Source of the DNA: Glaucostegus cemiculus
Taxonomy: Eukaryota
Length of the DNA: 64,000 nucleotides
Reading direction: 5' to 3'
NCBI GenBank assembly: GCA_976551045.1
Contig: CDPCPM010000107.1
Span: forward strand, 3,162,001 to 3,226,000
Position numbers and translations under genes: made by a program. Below the pieces are notes generated by a model. That model was not told the origin of the DNA. It ran no database searches and saw nothing but the letters and a program-made list of their open reading frames with translations. This document shows positions 12,078 through 24,896 of this stretch, one piece after another; the stretch's first letter is position 1; the number at the start of each line of letters is the position of its first letter.

Positions 12078-13554
12078 TTCTTATTAGAGTATAGATAATG
12101 ACTAATTATACATAAAAGGGCAATGGAGTACAGAGCTTACATTTTTAGATTGGCACTTAAATAATGAAGTCCCTGAAGTTAACTTCAAAAATGTTCCACT
12201 AAGATCACTGCATTATTGACCATAGTGGTCAGTAGAATAGTATAATGAATGCTTGATAATAATGCTCCTATTAAAATGTATTACGACCAAGTAATAATAC
12301 TGCAGCTGGATCAAAAAAAAGTGGTTTATAATGTCAACCTTTGTGCTAAAACATCATTGCAAGTTGGCTTCACTTGCTCTGCAACATTTCTTCTAATTGG
12401 ATGGAAACTGGTCACTAGTGTTAACTAATGGATTATGTTAAAGCTATTAAAATGGTTAAAGGAGCTCGAAACATTATTTCTGATGGTTTTATGTGGGAGT
12501 TTAAATGTTGCGTGGCTGATATGTAACCAATTCAGGCCATAAAACTCAAGCAATTCAGTTCATTTTTGCATTTATATTTCTTACTTAGTGGTTTGTCTTG
12601 TTGATAACTACAGTCCTGGAGGTTGGGAGGTTATTCTTTATTTATTCCTTAAGTGGGCAAATCCCAAATCAAAATAAAAATTTTTATGCAGCAGCAGCTA
12701 TTGATATATATATATATAAGTTAATAGGAACATTAATCAACATTTTATTTGGAGACCAACACAGCTCTATGTTATGTAATAACTTATCGTATTTTGAATA
12801 ATAAAGGTAAGGATGTTCGTTAGGTTCAGACTCTTCCCTGACTAAAGTATTTCTGCAAAAGGAAAAAGGAGGATACTGCAATTAAACTTGATGACAAAAT
12901 CATTACCCTTTTTAGGTAACCAGCTAAATTGAAAATATATTTTCAATTATTTCGTTAAGTTTTTCCAATTATTGGCATAACAGACAGTTCTAAGATTTTG
13001 TAAAGCAATTAATCAATCCATCATCAAATGTCCACACCTGATACACACCCTCAGAATCTCATGAAATTCTAGGGGAATTCTGATCAGTTTAATGGCAATA
13101 AACAGAACACTTCAAAATGCAGAAGCAAGCATTTTTTGTACAAATTATTCAGATCGGTCAGGATCTCCCCCATTATTTCTTTGTTTTTTGTTATTCATTT
13201 GTACTTTCATACTCATTAAGAAAAGCAAAGAATGTTTCGGGTGAGGGGAGAGGTCAACATTTCCAATGCTGCCCATAGCATGAATAGTGTTGTATTTGAC
13301 TACTTGGAAACAAATACTGTAAAAAGTACCTTACATAAACTCAAATTATTAATTTCTTTTGAGGGGCTTTTCAGTGGAAGGATTTCTGCATTAAGCACAA
13401 TAAGGATTAGTATAATTTAGGACTGGAAAGCACAGTTTGTTGAATTATTTTGGTCTATAGTCTGACAAAATAAAAGTAGTAGACTTTTATACAGCCAATA
13501 CCCTCACCAAATTTGCAATTTGCAGCTATGTAGAAGTGAACAATTGGTTAATTT

Positions 13555-13790
13555 AAATTGATAAATTGATTTATTATAGTCACATGTAATGAGGTACAGT
13601 GAGAAACATTGTATTGCATGCCATCCATAAAGCTCATTTCATCACATCAGTGTATTGAGGTAGTACATGGAAAAACAATAATAGGATGCAGAATAAAGCG
13701 TTACAGTTACAGAGAAAGTGCGGTGCAGGCAGACAATAAGGTGTAAGGCAATAACTAGGTAGATTGTGAGGTCAGGAGTCCATCTTATCA
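13555..13790 (-). mobile_element. LINE 3' UTR/tail (probably Rex/Babar clade)
   Basis: Collinear with 18600-18820 (GTCACATGTA..GAGGTACAGTGA...CAGAGAAAGTGC.GTGCAGG...TGTGAGGTCA.GAGTCCA). The clade assignment is inference. Confidence 0.7.
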
Positions 13791-14159
13791 TATGATAACG
13801 CTAAATATTTCATTGAATTTACTTTGAATCTTTTACTTGCTCTAAGATATATTTTTCATTTACTCTGCCTACATTCACCCTACCACAAGTTGCTCTTTTT
13901 TGTACGTTTTCTCCCATTCCTTTAAGCACAATCTAATCTGTACATTATAATCCCTTATTATTTCCATGAATGTATATTTTAGAGTTAAGGGTCTATCTAT
14001 AAGCATTTCATTAATGTTTAACTATTGCTTGCCTACATTGTCTGGACATTGAAATTGATGTCACCCAAGTCTCCCTGTGCAAGTTTGTTATATGACATTC
14101 TTAAGCCCAAATATTTTTTGACCAATTTGCACAACTCACGCTTGTCAATGTCAAACTAA

Positions 14160-14245
14160 TATATTTATCTTTATTAGTCACATGTACATTGAAACAAAGT
14201 GAAATGCATCTTTTTTTGCGTAGTGTTCTGGGGGCAGCCCACAAG
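14160..14245 (-). mobile_element. 5'-truncated SINE, tail only (tail type B)
   Basis: TTTATTAGTCACATGTACATTGAAAC...TTTTGCGTAG...GGGGGCAGCCC matches the 3' ends of the SINEs at 24602 and 28766. Confidence 0.8.
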
Positions 14246-16849
14246 AGCAATTGAATAAACCAACCAAATCTTTACCAATTATCAATTGCATCAATTGTTT
14301 TTATTGCTCTTGCTTTTTCTGTCTTCCATCAAATCTGACATTCTTACAATTAGCTTTGATATTCAGATCAGTTATGCAGATTAGGAACAGCACGAATCCA
14401 AGAAGGACCTCATTATTTCCACCTAAGGCCTCTCCTAGTCTGAAATAACACCTCTCATAATTAGTCTGATTTCCACTTTTTTAAAAAAAAACTCCAATTT
14501 GAATTTTGTTTTGGATAACTCAAGATACCATAACTTAATAAAGTGTATTGTCACAGGAATGAGAAATATTTAAAAAGTGAAAGACTTCCAAAATAATTAT
14601 GAAAAATGATCAATTATAAACTAGCCAACAGATGCAAATATTCATAGAGTGGTTGAAATATTATCAACTGGCAAAATGAGAAAAAGCATTTTCAAGTATT
14701 TTTTTGCCAGCCCAGCCAACAGTGAGTACAGTCTGCTACTCATCAAGGTCCAGTAAGCCTAGTGAAATGAATGAAATGAGGAAGCTCCTGTTAATTGCTC
14801 CTGTTCTTGTTTCACTGAAACCAATATGATTGCCCTATTTTCCAAGGTTACCAATGGCTACTGCACACAAAAAAATTACAGTCCTTATCTCTCAACCAAC
14901 TATTTTGCAGAATACACATCATTCAGACATGAATGATATAAACATTCTATAACAGTCAACTATGGGGTGAAGAGTTACCACAAATGTATTCTTGTTATAA
15001 CACTAAACATCTAAACAGATGCATGACAATATAATTCTCCCTGCAAATGGGAAATATCTAAAAATATGTTTTAAGCTTCTCTTCTGTAGTAACTAATAGC
15101 ACCTTTAAATGTACCCTTACTGTGATACAAGAATCATAAACAGTACAAAAACGCACACGCAGTAACAAACCCTTTAATGTTTTCTTGCCCATATGGAAGG
15201 GCATAAGGAGTATTAAAATAAATTTTATATGAATTAAAGATAATGAAGAACACCAAAAACAAAAGTTAGTTTTACTGTCATCTTCTCCAGTTGAGTGTGG
15301 ATATATGGATTTACTCAGTTACCTTAGAATTCTAACACAGGAAATAAAATAGTTGCCTTTTTATTATGATCAGCATTGTTAACATTTCCAGATATACTCA
15401 GTTAAATAGAATTTCTTTATTCGTAATAACAGAATCTATTTGGAATATTGGCACTGCCTTTTATATTAAAGAGTGGAAAAAGATTCCTTTAAAATATTTA
15501 GGACACACATATTTGCATGAGAGGCATTTTGCACTAGAGTAGAACGCTGCATCCATTTTAAAACAGTGAGTAGTGAATATACTCACAACTATTACTTTAG
15601 CTAGCCTTTGACATTGGAACAAATAATCCTACAAATTACAATTTCTTTTCTCCTGCCGCTCTTAATTATGTTTGAAGAAATTCCATTGAGACATGTCTGT
15701 GAATTGAAGGTTTCAGTGTGCTTAATTACCATTTTAAAATGTGCAAAAGGACTCTGCTTCTCTCACAATGCATTTCTGAACACTGGATGTAATACATCAT
15801 TGCAACCCTGCAGATTTTTCAGTCCATGCTTGCAGTAACCTTTATAAACTAGCTGTCAGACATGCTTCATACAGGGATCTTGTTTCCTCCACAGTGCTTT
15901 GGGTGTATAATGTCACTTGCTGTCTTGACTACAGATTTCAATCAGATTGCATAAAATTAGATCCTAAGGCGTGCATTGCTCCTGAGTTTTTAGTTTAACA
16001 GATATCAAAAAACCATATTTATATATTAAATAATACTTGGCTACAAATAACATTTTTATCAACTAATGCTAACGTGTCAAAGTAGAAGCCTAGCATAAAC
16101 AGTGACCGGAACGCACCACTTCTTGAACTGTCCACTCTGCCAAGCACCTCCTGTCCCATCCAAAGCAAAACCTTTGAGTCACACATTAGTACCTCAGAAC
16201 CCGCAGAAATGAAGAGAAAGCAAGTCATCCATGATCCCAAGATACTGCCTTAGAAGAAGATATCAACTACTGATGTGAAAGTAAATTGAAAATGCCAAAT
16301 TATTATCCAAATATGGCCATGGTATAATTTTAGTAATTAACTCATTTTTGCCATTGAAGCCAATACCTAAACTTGATCCTTTTCCAATTACCATATTACA
16401 CAGTTACTACCTTATATATTGTAGTACCAGCAGCTAAATGAAAGGACATTAAATATAAATCAGTTGAACACTCTTACCCCAAAGTGTTTATAATTATGCA
16501 GAAAACAACCTTAAAGCCATGAGTGTACTACAGTACTTGAAAGATCCTTTTGCACATAGGATAATATGATGGAATAGGTTAGCTAAACATACCCTAAACA
16601 TGCTGTGAGGTTAGTGTCTTCAGGAGGAAGACCCAGAATTTTCTGTAAGACATTTGACATACTTCTACCTATTAATGCATTATTTTGGGATTTTGAGAAC
16701 AATTATGCCATGTTGTCCTGCTCATACTGTATGTCGGTCAATTTCAGTTTCATTATTTGAGAATTCAGTGCAAGCATGGCATTGGATGGATTCTGGAGCT
16801 GACTACACAACACAAGTCAGTCAGAAAATGAATTGCAGATGACAAGATT

Positions 16850-18420
16850 GTTTTGGGACTCAATGATAGTCTCTGGATATTATGGTAGGAATGAGAAGGA
16901 GCTGCAAGAACCTCACATTCTTGCTGATGAGAAGCTGTGGCTGGAGATAGCTATATAAATATTCTCCCTGCTCCTGAATAAGGCAGTCTAATGAATTCAT
17001 TAGCTGAGGAGAGATGAGCAAAGTTCCACATTCATCTGCATCACAAGATGATCACTATGCAAAACTCTTGCAATGCCTTTAGTTGACTCAAGGACATCAA
17101 TCCTCAAACCCTGAATGTGCACTAACCCCTCTGTCTGTTTCCTCATGTCCTCATCGGTTCAGTTAGCACTGTTACTTAACCTCACAATGTGTAATTACAC
17201 ACCTCTCCTGCACAGTCACCATTAACAAGGGCCTTGCATCAAACTATGCCATGCTTCATGCTCGTGGATCTCTCTATCTTTGCAGGAGAAACAATTACTC
17301 ACAACTAAAGACAGGCACAGGATTAAAAATGACCTTCTCTCTATCACACAATTCACATCTACAGAGGAGGCATCCCAGGAGATAATTGGCATGTATATTT
17401 ATTGGTGAAGGAATAACACAGGCGCCTGGGGACAGAACACTCCTATTTAGCCCCATTTCATACAGCATTCCCCTTACATGTAAAATTATCAGGTATATAA
17501 TGACTGCTCCAATTCACAGCTTTAATCTTCCATAAAGTCTTCATCCCCCCCAAGAAGTTGTACAACTGGATGACAAATCAGTCTGAGGACACAATGTCAC
17601 ATGACTCATGCCTACCATATGCCAGGTCAGACGTCAATATGCTCAATAAGGGAGATAGCTGGGTTTTCACCTGGAGACTCACACATACATTGAGCAAAAA
17701 GAGACAAGGATAGAAGTGAAATGTCCTTCAGAGGGCACTCCAAGTTCAGCTCAGCTGAATACAGATGCTGCACCTCACAAGCCATTGGTAGAGTAAACTT
17801 CAGATGCAGGAGCAAGAATGAGCACTGAACCGGCAGATGTCCTGCACTGCAAACAATCAGAGATCAGAGGAGTCCTCAAACATGAACGACACAAGGTTGT
17901 ATCTTTGTGATGCTAATCTTATCCTTACTAGAAGTGGCCAGTTACCCAAAACAATAAATACAACAATTATACAAGTGTCCTCACTGAAGGGGCAATGTTT
18001 CATGGCAAATTAAACTACTAACCTAGATGTATTTGGGATGTCGGAGGAAACCACAACACCCAGAGGAAACCCAAGTTGTCACAAAGAGAACCTGCAAACT
18101 CCACACAGATAGCACTGGAGATCAGGATGAAACATGGGCTGGTGGATCTGTGAAGCAGGAGTTCTATTAGCTACAGCAGTGTGGTGCCCCAAAGTGTGTC
18201 AGGGTACTGCACATCTCACCTGGTGCATCCCACAACATAGCCATCCTCATCGAGCAGCACTCCACAAATTACCTCACTATCCCACCAATCTCAATGGCCA
18301 GTCAGATGCAGTCAGAGTAAGCTATCATAGAGCACTTACTGGCTTCGTACTCAGGGTACAGCCAAGAGCACCTTACCCATCATGGGATAGATGCAAGCAG
18401 CTGCCTCTAGGTCTTCCAAA
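16850..18420 (+). mobile_element. Decayed Myb/SANT-like partner gene region of a PIF/Harbinger element
   Basis: Non-coding but composition-shifted block. It has a TTGCAG|GAGAAA...CACAAC junction near 17285, like the spliced Myb-like ORF of fish/shark Harbingers as I recall it, and converges on a transposase remnant at 19100-19310. Confidence 0.4.
18020..18190 (-). mobile_element. Older tRNA-derived V-SINE
   Basis: TTTGGGATGTCGGAGGAAACC...CACCCAGAGGAAACCCA...AGAACCTGCAAACTCCACACAGA is the antisense V-domain, homologous to the other SINE copies in the window. Confidence 0.75.
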
Positions 18421-18599
18421 GCCGCAGCGGTTACGCCATGTTAGGTCTAGCAAAACAAAATGTCAAGGTTTGTAATGGCTCAAGTGCATGCATAGAAGTG
18501 TTTGACACATTGTTCGAGCTTCAGTTCTCCAATACACAAAACACCACTTTTTGGTCAGGAACATGGCAAAAAAAAACATGTGTGGAATAGTGAGACATG

Positions 18600-18820
18600 A
18601 ATGGAATTGGAATATTATTGTCACATGTACCGAGGTACAGTGAAAAACTTGTCTTGCATACTGATCATACAGATCAATTCATTACACAGTGCATCAAGGT
18701 AGTACAAGGTAAAGCAATAACAGAATGCAGAACAAAGTGAAATATCTACAGAGAAAGTGCAGTGCAGGTAAACAATAAGGTGCAAGGTCATAAGAAAGTA
18801 GTTTGTGAGGTCAAGAGTCC
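18600..18820 (-). mobile_element. LINE 3' UTR/tail (probably Rex/Babar clade)
   Basis: Minus strand ends CAAGTTTTTCACTGTACCTCGGTACATGTGACAATAAT followed by an ATTCCA-type repeat. Homologous to 13555-13790 and 46270-46335. Confidence 0.75.
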
Positions 18821-18864
18821 AGAATGTTGTTGAACAGCAGGGGTTAGGCAAAGCACACAATGCT

Positions 18865-18927
18865 AATTTTCATGACATTGTGTGCTCATGTATGTATGCC
18901 TGTATCACCAATAAACTTGAACTTGAC
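18865..18927 (+). mobile_element. Short LINE 3' tail fragment
   Basis: Ends CAATAAACTTGAACTTGA, like the terminus of the minus-strand element at 47925-48220. Confidence 0.45.
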
Positions 18928-19099
18928 ATGGGTTGAGGAAAGGATCTGGCAATTCAATATCAGATAGATGGATGAAGGGATTGTCTGAGCTAACAGATCA
19001 CTGCTGTGAAGGGTTCCTAGGCAGCACTGTGGATCCCTTGTTCACTTCTGGAACCTTCTTCCTTTTTCTCCTTGCTTGCTTATTCTTCAGCCTCTTGGA

Positions 19100-19310
19100 G
19101 ATGTGAAATATTCTGTCGAGCACAATAGATCACTGCTATTGTGGTCCATTATAGGGGGAAACCATATTTACAAAGGCACGTTGAGCACTCTCATGTGCTT
19201 CCTCAATTGCATTCTTGCTGATGACTGGCTTTTGTCCCTCATGGGTGCCAGCAGCCGCCTTTCTTTTTAGGGTTAACCCTCAACTTCATGCAGTCATCAA
19301 GCAAATCTGC
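19100..19310 (-). pseudogene. PIF/Harbinger DDE transposase remnant
   Basis: Minus strand reads *LHEVEG*P*KERRLLAPMRD...EEAHESA...IAVIYCARQNI. This is collinear with the Harbinger/HARBI1 motifs WLLGDxGYPL..WLLTPLR...NEAH...IVVxCCALHN, with stops at the W, Y and L codons. Confidence 0.65.
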
Positions 19311-21269
19311 ATGGAAGTGCAACAAGATCAATGGAGTTAGACTGATGCAACAAGAATGCTTTATGGCAGTTTCCAAGAAACCTTTCACTCACAGAAAGAT
19401 GGCAAGTAGTTGCAGAAGAATGGATCAAGTTCGACTGGAACCCATTTATACACACTAAGTTGATCAATTTCTTCAATGCTGCATAAAATCACGCAGTGCA
19501 CATGCAACGTCAGACATGTCACATTGATCTTCGACTCAATTGGCTAAAGCACTAACCAACATTTGAAAGAGAAGATATAGATTTCACACACCGTAAACAT
19601 ATATTTGATTATTTAGTGTTAATTATGAGATACAAAGCACGTCACTTCAATGGAAGATGCATTACTTACAAGGAAACATCTGACAGCAAACCTTATTCCA
19701 GTGCTAAACTTCCTCAATTTCTAATCAGTTGCTCCCAAATTTAGTTTTGAAATACCTGTTTATTTTCACATTGCAATTCAGCTCTTTCTGCAAAAATCTT
19801 ATTGTACTTCAATTTCCAGTTAGCAAGGCTTTTCCTCCAAACAGAAAGGTAATCGCTAACCAAAATAAAGAGTTAATGTACAGAATGAACCATGCCAGTG
19901 TGAAAGCATTAATAGACATACCACAGATGCCCACATCCTGCATGGAATGTGTCCCTCCAAGTCATTAGAATGCTGTAAACATCTAATTAATTTCATCAGC
20001 TCACAAGCCCTAACGAAGTGTTAACAGCCATTGCAGTGGGAAGAGGCATATGGCGCTGCATTCATGTATAGTAAAATAATCCAATTTCCTTTCTAAATCT
20101 TTGCCCAACAGGTATTCAACAATACAGTACTGTCTTTCCATATGGCCACATTATCTTTCATTTAACATTTGATTCCCAATACAATACTCTAACTCAAAAC
20201 ATTCAGCAAGACTGCACAGAATAATGAAAATATGATGTACATTTCTATCTCAAAAGCTGATATGATTTAAAAATGTTCATTCACAAGGTATATATTCTTC
20301 TATCATCAGCTATTAGGATATTCTTCAATTGACAACCAATTTTGAAGATGCCTCACATTTCATCAGTTACTGTCTGACTTAAGCTACATTTATTAATGCC
20401 ATAAGGTTAGCCTTTTTTCTTATCTTAAGCAGAAAATAATGTGGTGAATTAGGAAACAGGTGATAATGAATTTGGACTGTAAAAGCTTGAAAGGAATAAT
20501 GGAATGAAAGGCGGAGGTGGACAAGGTCTTGGGCTCTTAGGAAAGAATGATTTAATGTACACACACTAAAAGTGTTATGTTATAGCACATGTGGCTTATT
20601 TTATGATGCATTGTACTGAAGGAACTGAGCAATTTAATTTCAATGATTAGTCATAATACCTTTCCCAGAAGGTAGCATATTTTCACTTCTCACAAGATGT
20701 TAGGTGTGCAAGCAGCAGATATGATAACCTTCTCCAATGGAACTTTACTTAGTGTTAATGCTGAAACTGAAGAGTCAGCTATCATGCATGCAGAGGAATT
20801 TACAAACTGAGATTATCAGAATGCATTAGAACAACCTGGAATATTATCTAAAACTTGAAAACATGTGAAGTATGTTTAAAACTAAAATTGGTTATTGTAT
20901 GTCACAAGCTTTCTCTGGACTATCTGTGAATATAACTGGAATCTTTCCAGAGTGTGTGTTGGCAACATTGTAGCTGGTCTATAAGGGCCAACATCCAAAA
21001 TCATGATAAATAAGAACCCTATTAAAAACATATGTCTATTATTTTTTAGTACTCTGATTCACAAATTTTTCCTCAGTTTAAGCCACTTTTCTGCCCGATT
21101 TGAATCCTCAAATGCATTCCATAGATGCAGCTATATGGTTTTTATATGGCCTTTCCAATGTGATCAACCCAATCCTCTCTTATTTCTCTACCTTAACAAA
21201 TTTTTGTTCTCTTCAGTCATTTAGAGTACTAAAGCATATGATCAGTCTAAAGTCAATCCAGAGGTACTA

Positions 21270-21560
21270 GATACCAAGAGTTACAGACACTTTATTAAGA
21301 GCTCTGACACAGCAAAAAAAACATTACCAGCACAGAGGAAATAATTCAAAGATATCTCAAAGCCTCCTTGAAAAAATGGTGACATCCTCACTGACTCATC
21401 GTAATCTCTGGCCCATAACTTCTCAAAATGGATGAGGAGAATGCTGCATTGCATCTAGAGAACCTAGAGATCTTTCGTTAAGAACGTGCTGAAGTGCAAA
21501 GAAAACAGAAGGACTATCTCTAATACTTGCACCTTTTATGCTGGGAATGCTAAAAACACA
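21270..21560 (+). mobile_element. RTE-clade LINE C-terminal fragment
   Basis: AQRK*FKDI..ASLKK..DILTDSS*SLAHNFSKW (with frameshifts) is homologous to the RTE pieces at 5560 and 10830-10920. Confidence 0.7.
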
Positions 21561-22839
21561 GCTTACTGCTTTTGACCAGGCCATGGGATACATGCTAAAG
21601 TGATATTGGGAGAAAGAGTAAAAGTGAATTTAATGAACATCCATACTGATGTACATTTTATAAACTGTACCTTTGCCTTCCTGATCATCTGATTTGTCTA
21701 GAAAAATAAAAGTAGTTGCAAATTTCAGATGATGACCTATACTACTTACAATAGTTAATGTATTATTGGTTTTCTGGCTGCTGAAGACCAATACTTGGCA
21801 TAGTACTTCCTTTGCAGTCAACTTTTTATATTAGTTCCAAATTTTTCAGTTGACGCCATTTATCATAGGCAAGGCCACCCCAGCCTTTGTACGTGACTTT
21901 GCTCCCCAACCAAAAGCCTCACCATGCCCCAAGTCGATGAATGTGATACAGAAAGGGAGAGTGTGAGGGAAGAAATTGAAGGCAGAGATCCAGAGGGAAA
22001 AAATAGAATTCTAAGAGCATGAGGCCAAGAGAGAAAGAATGCTGGTGTGTGAGATGGGTTGGGAGGCAGGGGCCATGGTGGGAAGGAAGGGGAAGAGAGA
22101 GAATCCAATTTAAAAAGTATCCGAATGATTGCAAAGGACTAAAACCCCTTTTCATTAATGGAAAATCCATGAGAAAATATTCCTTCCAGTGGCCTTGCAT
22201 GATGTAATGCTGAAAATCGGCAAAATGCTTTATAAAATGCAAGTTCTGAAAGAAATAAACAACGAGCTTGCTAAAGATAGTGTATTTGCGAGCATTCAAT
22301 TCCTTCACAAAGCCCACCAATAAGAACATGTATAATCTAGTGCTGATTTACTGTGAACACTCGGAACATAATCTTTTGATATGTAAACTATTTACTGATT
22401 CTTTATGTCAACTATCTCAAGCTTGATATGGATATTGAGGTATACGATTCATGTAACAGCTAGACTAATTAATTGGGATGACAAAAAGGCGTGGTAGTCA
22501 GGAAAATTATTCACAAAGAAGAAAGCTGTCCTCTTTGTAAATGAGGCAAAAGCAAATGGTTGATGATGGATTACACTCTCTGAAGAAATACAGGAATCAT
22601 TTAATCTAAGATGAAAGAATTAAAATATACTGCATATTTACAGGCAACATAATCAGATTTAAATGAATATTGAAGTTTTAACACTTTTCTGACTGATGTA
22701 CAACTTATTCAAATTTCACAAACATCCAAACTGAATATCTTAGTTTTCCTTACAAATGAAAGTTCTGAATAGGGGTATATATGCCTTCAGCACAGTGAAT
22801 AAAAGCTTAGTAATGACTTGGTCTTACATTATGAAAGGT

Positions 22840-23810
22840 GATCAAAAAGCACCAAATGAGGTGGTTTTATGCCTTGTTTTAAATGAAGTTGGAGGGGTAA
22901 AAATGTAAGAAAGTTAAGGGAAGAAATTTCAATATTTACGAAGCATAATCACCAATGGAAAGATTAAAGGAAATCTGTAATGCAAAAAGATAAGTGGAAG
23001 AGAACAGAGATTTTGGAGATTTACAAGCATAGAGATAAAAACAAATAAAGGGGGAAGCAAAGTCATTTGTGATATTAAGTGTAAGATTAAGAATATTAAA
23101 TTTGTGGCATTGCTAAACTGCAAGCCAATGCAAGTGCCCAAGAAATGATGGACGAGCAAGTACTGGTGCAAGTCATAACTGTGCACAAGAGATCTGAATG
23201 AGTCCATGTTAACAGCATGGGAGACGGATCAGTGCACATGTGGAATCTGCCAATTTTTTTTTCAAAATACATTACTGAGGTGCAGTATGTAGATGAGATA
23301 CTGAGGGATTCCAGGAGAAGGCATGGAATTGGGAAGATAAACCATTGCAAGATAGTTTTCTGTATGACTAGCTAAATAAAAGTGGAATTGAGCAAGCCTG
23401 GGCCCACTTGGCTGGACAATGGTGCCAAGGGTACAGTGGTGGATGGCGTCGACAACTATGTCAAGGTCTGTGGGCAGGTTGGCAAGGACGTGTGAATACA
23501 GTGTACTAAAATCACAGTCACTAAGGTTGTCATTGGTCAGGTACTGTTCCAGCAGTGAATACCTGATTGGAGATCCAAAAGAGATGGGCAATTAGAGCTG
23601 ACAACACATTTGGGAATTTTGAAAAGAAAAGGGAGGTTGAAGATGGGGCATTAATTTGCAAGGATGGAAGTTATAAGGTTTTTCTCTGAGCATGGCATGA
23701 AGGTGGCATGTTTCAAATTTGGGAAGACTGAGAAAGATAAAATGAAATAGATAATAATTCTAGCTAGAGCAGATGCCAAGGGAAGCTGGGTGGTCAGTAG
23801 TTTTGCAAGA
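22840..23810 (-). mobile_element. L2-clade LINE remnant (RT region)
   Basis: ORF 23262-23591 contains LANLPTDLDIVVDAIHH..LGTIVQPSGPRLAQFHFYL, a decayed LLDLSAAFDTVDH..LL..L...GTALAWFHSYL of L2 RT. Confidence 0.6.
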
Positions 23811-24601
23811 ATAGCTAACCAGCAAACATCATCCTGATGTTAGCAATACCCGAAAAATATTTGTGCCAATCAGGGACAGGTTACATTAGCTTGTTAACAG
23901 ATGATCTTTATTAAAAATGGCAAAGATTATTGAAGGGGAGCACTGAATTTTTCCATGTAATGTGCACATTGCAAATCCTCGTATTAAAAAAAATAAGAAA
24001 ATTCAATAACTCCAGCATTTGCATCTCAGGGCAAACAATTAATAGCATCAAAGGAACCGTATCACCTTTAACTTTGTTTATTCTTTTAGTCAAAAAGCCA
24101 TTACAGCACGAGATGTTTAATCCCATTGAGTCCATGCTGACTCTGTTGAGCATTCTAACAGTCTTCCCTACCAATCTATTCCTATGGTTTTTTAATTTAT
24201 TTCCCTCCAGTATCCATTTAATTCCCTTTTGAAATCACTGCTGGTCCCTGCTTCCACCATTCCAGGAGATCAATACCTCTCACTGCACTAGGAAGTTCTT
24301 CCTCACATCCTTCTGTAACTCTTGCCTAAAAATTAATATCTGTGCTTCCTTTGCCTTGTACCATCAGCAAATGGGAGCAGGATCTCTTTGTCTACCTAAT
24401 GTTAACTAATAATCAAGTACACCTCTATCAAATCTCCCTTCAACCTCCTTAGCTTGTAGGCGAACAACTCCAGACATCTCATTTAATGTGGTAATGAAAA
24501 TCTCATTCCCAGAACTATTCTGGTAAATCCCCACTGTATCCTCTCAAGGATTTAAAGTATGGTTTTCAGAACTATATGTAATACTGGCTTAAACAAAGTT
24601 C

Positions 24602-24896
24602 AAGATAAGATGAGACATTTATTAGTCACATGTACATTGAAACACACGGTGAAATGTGTCTTTTTTGCATTACTGAGAATCTGCAAGTGTCGCCACTCTT
24701 CCGGTGCCAACATAGCATGCCCACAGCTCCTAACTGTACGTCTTTGAAATGTGGGAGGAAACCGGAGCACTTGGAGGAAATCCATGCAGACACATGGGGA
24801 GAACGTACAAACTCTTTGCAGACAACAGTGGGAATTGAACCTGGGCCACTGCCGCTCATATAGCATTATGCTAACCGCTACGCTATCATGCTGCCC
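24602..24896 (-). mobile_element. Full-length tRNA-derived V-SINE, tail type B
   Basis: Head GGGCAGCATGATAGCGTAGCGG (A box) and GGTTCAATTCC (B box); V-domain GTTTGTACGTTCTCCCC...CTCCGGTTTCCTCCCACA; tail TTTCACCGTG...GTACATGTGACTAATAAA plus a TCTTA-type repeat. Confidence 0.9.
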
